In this document: in pieces, positions 57,601 through 64,000 of the stretch | Position numbering within the stretch: the first letter of the stretch is position 1 | How the letters are laid out: the number at the start of each line of letters is the position of its first letter | Source: a virus | Length of the DNA: 64,000 nt | IMG/VR virus record: IMGVR_UViG_3300001567_000262 | Location: 32,001 to 96,000 of that record | Direction: 5' to 3' (one strand) | The notes under the pieces: generated by a model | What the model saw: only the letters and a program-made list of their open reading frames with translations | Told to the model about the DNA's origin: nothing | Databases searched by the model: none | Position numbers and translations under genes: made by a program

Positions 57601-58335
57601 GTGCCGGAACATGTCGTCTATCGCTTTTTTGGCGTCATTTCGGTCTTTATATTCAACCGGGTCCACATCAGGCATGATCTCGGCAAGACGACGGCGGACA
57701 GACATCAAATCATCGCGCCCCTCGGCGCTTTTCCATGGCACTCCATGCTTTGACTCATAGACTTTTTCGAGGGTTTCCAATAATCCCTTCTGGGCCATCT
57801 TTCTTTCAATACGAGCGACCACAAAATTTTCTGACAGTCCGATGCTTCTATAAAACTCGCCCAGTATTATTTCTCCGACAGAGTTCGGATTTGTCAGTGA
57901 TTGTCTGCTTCTTATTTCGAACGCAATGGTCTTTATCTGTGTGTTCTGTTTTATTTCGCCCAAACGCGCACGAATATTTTTACCTCGAGCTGTATCGGAT
58001 ATGTGTTTTGAAAAAAGATCAATGCACTTTTCGCCAGATGTGTCACCGATCTCGTCGTTTTGAAGCAAATATCCCAATACTTTTGAAAAATGGGATTTCC
58101 CTGAACCGAAAAAACCTGAAATCCAGATACCCATGACATCTCTGGACGTTCCTCCCAAACGAAGGGTTTCGCTGACCTGGGTAAATGTATCGACTATTCG
58201 TTTAAGCTCATCCTCAATTTTGTCGGTGACGACAAACTCCCGCATTTCAGTGGCCAAGGCCGCATCGTCATAGACCTTTACGACACCTTCCACCTTGACC
58301 CCGATATCCCTTTTGATTATTTCACGAATGGTCAT
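54601..58335 (-). CDS. brxC: BREX ATPase BrxC/PglY
   Basis: IWISGFFGSGKSHF Walker A, FVIDEMG Walker B, VTSQQ, YPLLPHQ; 1244 aa. Confidence 0.92.
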   Translation of the reverse strand: MTIREIIKRDIGVKVEGVVKVYDDAALATEMREFVVTDKIEDELKRIVDTFTQVSETLRLGGTSRDVMGIWISGFFGSGKSHFSKVLGYLLQNDEIGDTSGEKCIDLFSKHISDTARGKNIRARLGEIKQNTQIKTIAFEIRSRQSLTNPNSVGEIILGEFYRSIGLSENFVVARIERKMAQKGLLETLEKVYESKHGVPWKSAEGRDDLMSVRRRLAEIMPDVDPVEYKDRNDAKKAIDDMFRHAKLTAESLADELVSWVDAQKTTGGKVQHLIFVIDEMGTFIGDSNEKISELNSIAEMIGNKGKGKVWLFVTSQQDLEKVVDRTNFQPALIGRLNARFELKPHLISDEINKVVSERILKKYPAQEPQLKKLYLDNEGYISQLADLKASRFLGTVDERAFIDCYPLLPHQIRLSQDIFEALSGFRLSGGVRSMISVVMTSLQEIADSEVGAVVSFDMIFDAVENDLLSQEYLGAAGVRSIRESDERVTGTPIDPAKVLKVLWLLQRVPWVPRISETIAKLLVTDFKTDIPQLRENVEKTLGKLQEAGYVARDEATGEWKYLDEQERTIEQYIQEMVRSGGSKSISIAAVRRTSQEITKMELTTKKKLLNFTVPYGITKVPFSYGVYLDGEAIETGSEIEVCFVSPLMSGRKQEIEEIKRRNQADSAKGRKVWWVADVPDNLELRFKRYEALVKVCGDKRFTEDTSKSTQDALAEKRKERDDLKTSLVKDLEQAFLKGTVYYGGLENELERATDFKEPVQTALTSVIPNVYPRFSIADKSYDFDKSIKAILNPATTALDKVAPDLGLFDSQGNLQQQSDLVAQVLEVLKDLEDEDIDPTGVALMDANDRKGFKGFSRAPFGWPDEILRIVLAACFRAGAVYMEQQSPGGPTPVYDYKGTNDNFQKINTFKKVTFRLAEISLSVEQIKLASKELIALGMNGIPESGNAIASAVRKLGEKLKSDLQDAKSRAEMGIPISDIVLDAGAALDEPVTIKDPTKAVTAFLSRAAEWKSFQKAMSAIRAFLDDNRHQAYFASRKLANLAANHPIPADNPESTRLGQALKDMDAIIGDKSVVDRWPDYRAAYETALGAYRGAYKDAYKKVQTEIENLINTIKGGSAYKNAPAESRDAVLEKVFGPGGPCNYPEIPLSSAETLLAAAAKSSLTSLAQTLMALPGYRGQVETELIGLAAPTKTGEAEKVCDWQPSQELAGKRLKTEADVDQTLSVIGEQLKTRIRKGFTVVIK

Positions 58336-58370
58336 TTATAGACCCTCCTGACAGCTTGTAATACGAGAGT

Positions 58371-58910
58371 TTATCTCCAGAACAATTTCACGGAAAGGTA
58401 GTTCCCTCCATCGGCCTGCTTCATGAAATGGAGTTTCCCACCACGTTCTTCTCCAGGAAAAGATAAAGCGATTCTGCAATTCAGGTCTCGAAGTCCGCGC
58501 AAAACCTCACCAAATCGGACGAGTGGATACAACGATGAAGTTGAATACAGAATGATTGCGCATCGCGGTTTCTCCGATGCGATTTCTTCGATTCTTGATA
58601 TAAGAGCAGCTTCTATTCGCTTGGAAAGACCTTGTTTCATCCATACGTAGTCGTCGAATTCATAATCCTTTACATCTTCGAGTCCGTCTTCACCCACTGT
58701 CTCAAACAGGAAAGATGAAAGATCGAGAACGAAAAATGGAATGTCGCGCGTTTTGAGAGTAGGCAGGAAGGTATCATTTAAATATTCTCGGTAATCCAGT
58801 TCCTTGTCGGGCGGATATATCAGAATAATGGAATTATCAGTCTTAACGCCGCCGTTCTGCTTCAGAGGCTCGCTCAGAATTTGAAGAAGTTCGTCGAACA
58901 TTATCGGCAT
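58371..58910 (-). CDS. brxB: BREX BrxB (DUF1788)
   Basis: 179 aa, LIYPP...SLYPLVRFGEVL..L...LSFPGE; position between brxA and brxC. Confidence 0.8.
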   Translation of the reverse strand: MPIMFDELLQILSEPLKQNGGVKTDNSIILIYPPDKELDYREYLNDTFLPTLKTRDIPFFVLDLSSFLFETVGEDGLEDVKDYEFDDYVWMKQGLSKRIEAALISRIEEIASEKPRCAIILYSTSSLYPLVRFGEVLRGLRDLNCRIALSFPGEERGGKLHFMKQADGGNYLSVKLFWR

Positions 58911-58912
58911 GA

Positions 58913-59695
58913 TTATCTCTTGTCCCAGTCCATTTCTACGATGTCGCCTTGTATTCGGAATCTGAGTTCGCCCATACGGTTGAGTTCGCCCAGCGCGTCT
59001 ATTACTTCAATACCATCCAATGCCAGAAGTCGGAATGCTGTGGAGCGCAACATATCAAGCGGCGATGTCTGTAGGAGATTTAAAGCGCGCAAAATAAGTC
59101 TGATGGGAGCGCCATATAATGCCGGTCGAACGCTGACCTTCTTAAGTTTCCCGGTTGCGAGACCAAAATCTCTGATACTTGCCATATAATGCTGGACAAC
59201 TCTCAAAAAAGTCTCATGCGACCATTTTTCAATCTCAGGATGCTTCTTCAAAGACGCTTTAAGAAATGTTTTAACATCCTCAGTTCTTAGTTCGGAAGGA
59301 GATTGTTTCAGACGTGGGTAAAGCCATTCAGTGCCTAAATCGAATACCATACGGTCATTCAATGAAAAAAGGATGTATGCAGTCAGCCCTCGTTCTGGTT
59401 CTGATTTACAGAGTTGCCATTCATTCCAGAACATGGAAAATAATGGTTGATTGCAATCAAGAACGTATCGTGGCCTTAGTTCCTTCCATTGTTTTTCTCT
59501 GGCCGACGATGACGACCGCGAAAGCACATTTTTTTCGACTACCAATGCTCTGAAACCATCTGTTGAGAGGGGCGTCTCGGTTGATTCCAGAAGAATTCTC
59601 AAATCCGTGTACATGGCTGAACGCGCCGATAATCGTGATTGGTAAGGCCTTCTGCCGTCCAACGCCGGTATCGTTATTTGTACTGCGTTATTCAT
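58913..59695 (-). CDS. brxA: BREX BrxA (DUF1819)
   Basis: YQSRLS...KNVLSRSS...W.ELRPRY...DFGLATG pattern; first gene of the operon; start uncertain (ORF open from 59821). Confidence 0.75.
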   Translation of the reverse strand: MNNAVQITIPALDGRRPYQSRLSARSAMYTDLRILLESTETPLSTDGFRALVVEKNVLSRSSSSAREKQWKELRPRYVLDCNQPLFSMFWNEWQLCKSEPERGLTAYILFSLNDRMVFDLGTEWLYPRLKQSPSELRTEDVKTFLKASLKKHPEIEKWSHETFLRVVQHYMASIRDFGLATGKLKKVSVRPALYGAPIRLILRALNLLQTSPLDMLRSTAFRLLALDGIEVIDALGELNRMGELRFRIQGDIVEMDWDKR

Positions 59696-59891
59696 TTCTT
59701 TTTCTATTCCCATTGGCCCCAATGGGGATGTCGTTGAAAGGATTTTATTACAGTCAAAGGCGGTTAACCCCATATCGTTTTTGACATCCCCGTCATGTTT
59801 TCCTTTTCGAACTCTTTTCACTGCTCAAACAACAGTTGTCGAATTATACCATTCTTTGCCTATAATGTTGATCTTGATGGGCAATCTTGGC

Positions 59892-59916
59892 AGTTGTTGC
59901 AGATTTTGCAACAACT
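59892..59916. repeat. Perfect inverted repeat upstream of the brx promoter (operator or terminator)
   Basis: AGTTGTTGCA-GATTT-TGCAACAACT. Confidence 0.6.
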
Positions 59917-59954
59917 TGAACGATGATAATCCCTCATTTCAACAATGGTTTCCA

Positions 59955-60179
59955 TCATTTCGCAAGCTTCCGAAGTGTTTTCTTATGGGTTTCCATTGCC
60001 TTTTCCGTCGCTTCTACAACCCGCTCTTTGTGCCCCTTACGTACTGGCTTGATGATGAGGCAGTCACCATCTGTCTTGATCTCAAGTTCGGTGTCCCGAT
60101 TGATTCCCAGCAGATCGAGAATCGGGCGGTCGATTATGAGCGCCAGGCTGTTTCCGAGCAGTGAAAGCTTCTTTTTCAT
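59955..60179 (-). CDS. AbrB/MazE/SpoVT-family DNA-binding protein
   Basis: KLSLLGNSLALIIDRPILDLLGI...LEIKTDGDCLIIKPV swapped-hairpin signature. Confidence 0.85.
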   Translation of the reverse strand: MKKKLSLLGNSLALIIDRPILDLLGINRDTELEIKTDGDCLIIKPVRKGHKERVVEATEKAMETHKKTLRKLAK

Positions 60180-60245
60180 GAGTAGCTCACTTCCGTTATA
60201 CCGTTGTTAGTACCACAGCATATCACAAAAGGGATTTCATGAGAA

Positions 60246-60665
60246 TCATTTCACTGAATATTCCGCCCATTTTTCTCTCTGCTGCGACCAGTCAGGCTCC
60301 CCAGCGATTTTGCGAACGTTTCTTTCAGTGATTCTGTCGTGACCGCTTTCGATTCGGGGCATGAACAGTATTTCTTCCTGGATTTCGGGCGCAAGAAGCG
60401 TCAGGTTCATGATTTGTGTGATACGGGCGCGGGTGAGTCCTGTCAGGTTAGCAATGTCGGCGTAATCTTTCATGATCCTCAGGGCTATGAGCTTTTTCAG
60501 GTAGATTGCAAGCGCCATAAGTCGGGTAATTCGAGGCAGGCGCCCCGGTTTCCAGGGCGGTGGCGTGGGTGCCTTGCCGGGGATTATCTTTTTACAACCG
60601 TCCTGAAATGCTACATGGATCGGAAAGGTAACTGTCAGCGCTCCGTTTTCTTCTTTAATTTCCAT
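60246..60665 (-). CDS. Conserved protein found after DUF2924-associated recombinases (HTH-like)
   Basis: LMALAIYL...DYADIANLTGLTRARITQIMNLTLLAPEIQEEIL motif. Confidence 0.75.
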   Translation of the reverse strand: MEIKEENGALTVTFPIHVAFQDGCKKIIPGKAPTPPPWKPGRLPRITRLMALAIYLKKLIALRIMKDYADIANLTGLTRARITQIMNLTLLAPEIQEEILFMPRIESGHDRITERNVRKIAGEPDWSQQREKWAEYSVK

Positions 60666-60677
60666 GTCGGCGCCCCT

Positions 60678-62255
60678 TCATAATTCCGCCTTCAATTCCT
60701 GCGACAGGTCTTTGATCCCCATCGGATGGAAGGAAATGGAAACCTGGCCATTGGGAACATCGTATTCCACCTTTTCGATGAGCATGGATGCAACACGCGC
60801 CTGTTCCTGCGGGTACAAAACATCCCAGACCGGGTCAAAAGCCTCCAGAACCCTCTTTGCGTCATCTTCATCAAAAGCCGATTTCTTTGTCATTACGAGT
60901 TCCGCGATCTTTTCTTCGAGCCGTTTCCTCTTTTCCGCCACCACACCCCCTATCTCGGCAACACGCTTTTTCATTTCGTTCTTTTTCTCATCTTCGGCAT
61001 CCGGCAGCTTCTCCCGCAAGCGCTTTGCCTCAGATTCCATTACGTCGATTTCCTTTTGAAGCCGCCGCGACTCGACTTCCAGCATCTTCTGCTGTTTCTG
61101 GTTCACTTCCCTCATTTTCGATATCGTCTGCTCGATTACCTCCGGTTTTCTGCTCACTTCCTTTATGCGCTCGAAAACAAACTGCTCGATTTCTTCGGCG
61201 GCAATGTTTTTTGTCGGACACGCATGCCTGCCGTTTTTGTGGGCCGTCTGGCAGATGTAATATCGGTAGCTCTTGTTCTTCCTTTTTGTGAATGAATGAA
61301 TCATCGGTGCGCCGCATACCCCGCATACGAGAATATCGCTGAGCAAGGCGCCGTGTTTTTTTCTTGCGCTCCTTCCGCCGGTACTCCTGTTATCGGCAAG
61401 CGTTTCCTTAACCCTGTTCCATGTGTCTTCGGAAATAATCGCCTGGTGTTCACCCTCGTAGATTTCATCGTGGTGCTTGACCTTCCCTGTGTAAGCGATA
61501 TTGGTCAGAAGCCTGTGCAAGCTCGGCTTGTCGAAAATCTTTCCTTCAACGACATCATCGTTTTTCGTGATCCAGCTTTTTGTCATCCATCTTCGTTCCT
61601 GGAGTTCCTTTGCGGTTTTGCCCATGGATTTATGCTGAAGATAGAGATCGTAAATCTCGCGCACCTGCGTCGCCTCGTGTTCATTCACTTCAATGGTGTG
61701 CGTTTCACGGTTGATGTCGTAGCCGAGAATGGGATAGCCACCGGCCCATTTACCCTTTTTACGTGCCGCCGCAATTTTGTCGCGGGTGCGTTCGGAAACC
61801 AGCTCTCGCTCAAACTGCGCAAATGAGAAAAGAATGTTCAAAATCAGGCGGCCAAGCGACGTGCCGGTGTCGAATGCCTGGGTGACGGAAACGAAGCTGA
61901 CATCATACTGTTCAAACAACTGGATGATTTTTACGAAATCAGGTATCGACCGGCTCAGGCGATCTACCTTGTAGACCAAGACGCAGTCGATTTTCCCATC
62001 CGCGATGTCCGCCATTAACTGCTGGAATGCGGGGCGCTGCATGTTACCGCCGGAAAACCCGCCGTCATCATAATGGTCCGGCACAAGAGTCCAACCCTCG
62101 TGTTTCTGGCTTTCTATGTAGGATTCGCACGATTCGCGCTGGGCATCCAGCGAACTGAAATTGGAATCGAGGTTTTCCGTGGTGGATTTTCTGGTGTAAA
62201 CGGCACACCGTCTTTTTGTCACCTGGGTTTCGTTTTTCTTTTCATTTTTCATCAT
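60678..62255 (-). CDS. Large serine recombinase / integrase
   Basis: CAVYTRKST, SLDAQRESC, YDDGGFSGG, VYKVDRLSRS, FAQFERE, Zn ribbon CGVCG...YRYYIC...C; start placed at 62255. Confidence 0.92.
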   Translation of the reverse strand: MMKNEKKNETQVTKRRCAVYTRKSTTENLDSNFSSLDAQRESCESYIESQKHEGWTLVPDHYDDGGFSGGNMQRPAFQQLMADIADGKIDCVLVYKVDRLSRSIPDFVKIIQLFEQYDVSFVSVTQAFDTGTSLGRLILNILFSFAQFERELVSERTRDKIAAARKKGKWAGGYPILGYDINRETHTIEVNEHEATQVREIYDLYLQHKSMGKTAKELQERRWMTKSWITKNDDVVEGKIFDKPSLHRLLTNIAYTGKVKHHDEIYEGEHQAIISEDTWNRVKETLADNRSTGGRSARKKHGALLSDILVCGVCGAPMIHSFTKRKNKSYRYYICQTAHKNGRHACPTKNIAAEEIEQFVFERIKEVSRKPEVIEQTISKMREVNQKQQKMLEVESRRLQKEIDVMESEAKRLREKLPDAEDEKKNEMKKRVAEIGGVVAEKRKRLEEKIAELVMTKKSAFDEDDAKRVLEAFDPVWDVLYPQEQARVASMLIEKVEYDVPNGQVSISFHPMGIKDLSQELKAEL

Positions 62256-62272
62256 GTTCACCATTCCCTTTC

Positions 62273-62764
62273 TTATAGATTGAAAAACAAGTTGCCGTTC
62301 CAGTGGGAACCGGTTATTTCCCACGCCACACCCGAAAGCGATCTAAAAATGCGGCCATCGTATTCAAAACCTTTGTTCAGGACTTTCACGGTATGGTTTT
62401 CACCCTTATAATCTCGGCTCAGAAGCGTACCTGGCGCTGGCCCCTTTTTCTTTTTTGCCTTTGCTGTTTTGCTGTTTTTACCATTACCGTTTTTGATGTC
62501 ATCCATCAGGTTATCAAATGCGTTTTTCGGGACAACCTTTCTGATATCGGCAACATCCGCTATCTCCGCTGCCCGTTGCTTCGCTCTCTCCGGGAGCCCT
62601 CCATATTCGATTTCTTGGATTCGCCATGCAATCCGCCGCCACAGCCAATCCCGGTTACCGGAACGTGTTTCCTCCCCGAAAACTTCGCGGTACATCTTTC
62701 GCAATTCTCCAACAGTCATTCCCCGCAGTATGTTGATGCGGGCTATCATGCTTTTCTCCGCCAT
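62273..62764 (-). CDS. DUF2924-domain protein
   Basis: LWRRIAWRIQEIEYGGL, PGTLLSRDYKG, GFEYDGRIFRSLSGVAWEITGSHWNG.LFF. Confidence 0.88.
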   Translation of the reverse strand: MAEKSMIARINILRGMTVGELRKMYREVFGEETRSGNRDWLWRRIAWRIQEIEYGGLPERAKQRAAEIADVADIRKVVPKNAFDNLMDDIKNGNGKNSKTAKAKKKKGPAPGTLLSRDYKGENHTVKVLNKGFEYDGRIFRSLSGVAWEITGSHWNGNLFFNL

Positions 62765-62931
62765 GTCTTTTTCCTCCTGCTTTTTTTCACTGCATTATCG
62801 CAGCAGGGTGACAGTTTGCATGACATGCCGCACATATCAAGCTCTCTTTATTTGAGAGTTGATACCGCTATGAAACATCATAACATCGGGGTGTGACACT
62901 TTCGGGCATTTTGAGCCGGGTGTGAGAAATT

Positions 62932-63330
62932 TCATTGTTCGTTGCCGGCCAGCCCGAAAAAAGCGTATCCATTCGAGTGCGAACCCGTGATTTCATTCGC
63001 AACAGCGGAAAGAGTTCTGTAGCAGGCGCCCTCATATTCAAATCCAGTCTCCAAGACTTTCACAGAGTATTCATTCCCCTTATATTTCTTCGAAATCACA
63101 GTTCCGGGCGGCGGTATTCTCGCATCCCTGATCCTTTCCTTCTTTTTCCTTGTTCGGACTCTCAACCCGAGCTGTCCGGTAAAGGCTCTCAACGGGAGAC
63201 TTATTTCCCCCTCAGCATCGCCAGCAATTTCCGCCATCCATCGTTTCGCCTTCGGCGCGAGCCCCGCGAAGTCCACCTCCTGCATTCTCGCATTCAGAAT
63301 TTGCCATAATTGCCGGTTCTCATATCCCAT
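62932..63330 (-). CDS. Second DUF2924-domain protein
   Basis: PPGTVISKKYKG...GFEYEGACYRTLSAVANEITGSHSNGYAFFGL. Confidence 0.8.
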   Translation of the reverse strand: MGYENRQLWQILNARMQEVDFAGLAPKAKRWMAEIAGDAEGEISLPLRAFTGQLGLRVRTRKKKERIRDARIPPPGTVISKKYKGNEYSVKVLETGFEYEGACYRTLSAVANEITGSHSNGYAFFGLAGNEQ

Positions 63331-63777
63331 AGCAGTGTAAAGGTTCCATCGGCATCTTTATTTCATCAAGTCATTTGCTCATGCTCCTTCCTGTGATATT
63401 TCCATTTCTCGGCCTCCAATAGGTTACTTACTGGAAAAGTTCGATTTTGGTCGGGATTTTTGAAAATATTTATCCGGGACTGTTTTCATGCCTGAGTTCA
63501 TTGCCCAATCCGAATGTCTCCGTCGTAAAAACACCTTCTACTTGGTAAAAGGGATATTTCGGGGCGTCGGGGGGACAAATAATATCAGATAATCAGAAAA
63601 GAAGACTTTCACAGCCATCCATCTCCCTACCTCTTATTTACGAGCATCAAGGCCACAGTGTCGGGATTTCTGAAAAAAAAGAATGGAGATATTCACGGCT
63701 GGTTATGTGGGGATTACAGATCGAGCATTGATTCGGAGGAATTGGACGCTCAGTGCGTGGTGAAGCGCGAGGAATAG

Positions 63778-64000
63778 TTATATTTCCAGATTCAACTCGT
63801 TTTCACTGTCATTTTTATTGCTTTCACAAATGCTGTATCCGATTGCGCCGTATCCATGCAACCGCTTCTCATGCATTCTGGCAAGAGTCGGCACCTTCAG
63901 GTCGGCATAATCATATATTTGCACTTCTCCCTTATTGTGATGCTGCCTGTGCAGGCGCCCCGCGTATTGCGCCAGCGTTCCACGCCATGAAATCGGCATG
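63778..64000 (-). CDS. SF2 (DEAD/DEAH) helicase, C-terminal fragment, 5' truncated
   Basis: PISWRGTLAQYAGRLHR (motif VI)...IYDYAD...RMHEKRLHGY. Confidence 0.75.
   Translation of the reverse strand, partial: MPISWRGTLAQYAGRLHRQHHNKGEVQIYDYADLKVPTLARMHEKRLHGYGAIGYSICESNKNDSENELNLEI

Larger units (their letters stand above)
45128..59851 (-). other. Type 1 BREX anti-phage locus (brxA-brxB-brxC-pglX[split]-pglZ-brxL)
   Basis: Canonical type 1 gene order with overlapping or near-abutting ORFs; extended -10 TGGTATAAT at 59851-59843. Confidence 0.9.

Noticed and set aside
63370-63420. RBS-led minigenes MEISQEGA and MSK on the minus strand
   Set aside because: Too short to support without conservation data; probably remnants or chance.
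1-64000. CRISPR array, rRNA, tRNA or IS transposase
   Set aside because: No regularly spaced repeats, RNA-gene signatures or DDE/HUH transposase motifs were recognised.

Overview
The window has three parts. (1) 1-19.7 kb is the tail, baseplate, fibre and lysis end of a contractile-tailed prophage or phage-derived contractile injection system on the + strand: tube C-terminus, chaperone with a -1 frameshift, tape measure, hub, spike, gp25, J, I, two fibres, amidase and holin-like genes. No capsid genes are in view, so phage versus tailocin/eCIS cannot be decided. (2) 19.7-28.3 kb is an AT-rich cargo island: a minus-strand radical-SAM RiPP-like operon (SPASM maturase, PqqD/RRE, an unannotated 40-aa Cys-rich precursor, amidohydrolase-GNAT, AsnRS-like paralogue, prenyltransferase-fold protein, frameshifted B12 radical SAM). 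It has a consensus sigma-54 promoter and IHF site and a divergent RtcR-like CARF-AAA+ activator. (3) 28.4-64 kb is a defence and mobile-element mosaic: ComEC-like nuclease, amidoligase-GATase-GGCT module, phosphoesterase + HSP90-like ATPase pair, serine recombinase + two ParB-like genes, class II Fic, a Dbr1-like phosphoesterase, a type 1 BREX locus and a DUF2924/serine recombinase module. In that BREX locus pglX is split by a Fic gene, and a VbhA-like antitoxin motif is fused to the PglX C-terminal half. The strongest novelty candidates are the CARF/sigma-54-controlled RiPP cluster, the Fic toxin-antitoxin built into PglX, and the Dbr1-like gene behind brxL. All family calls come from motifs recognised by eye; no database searches were run.
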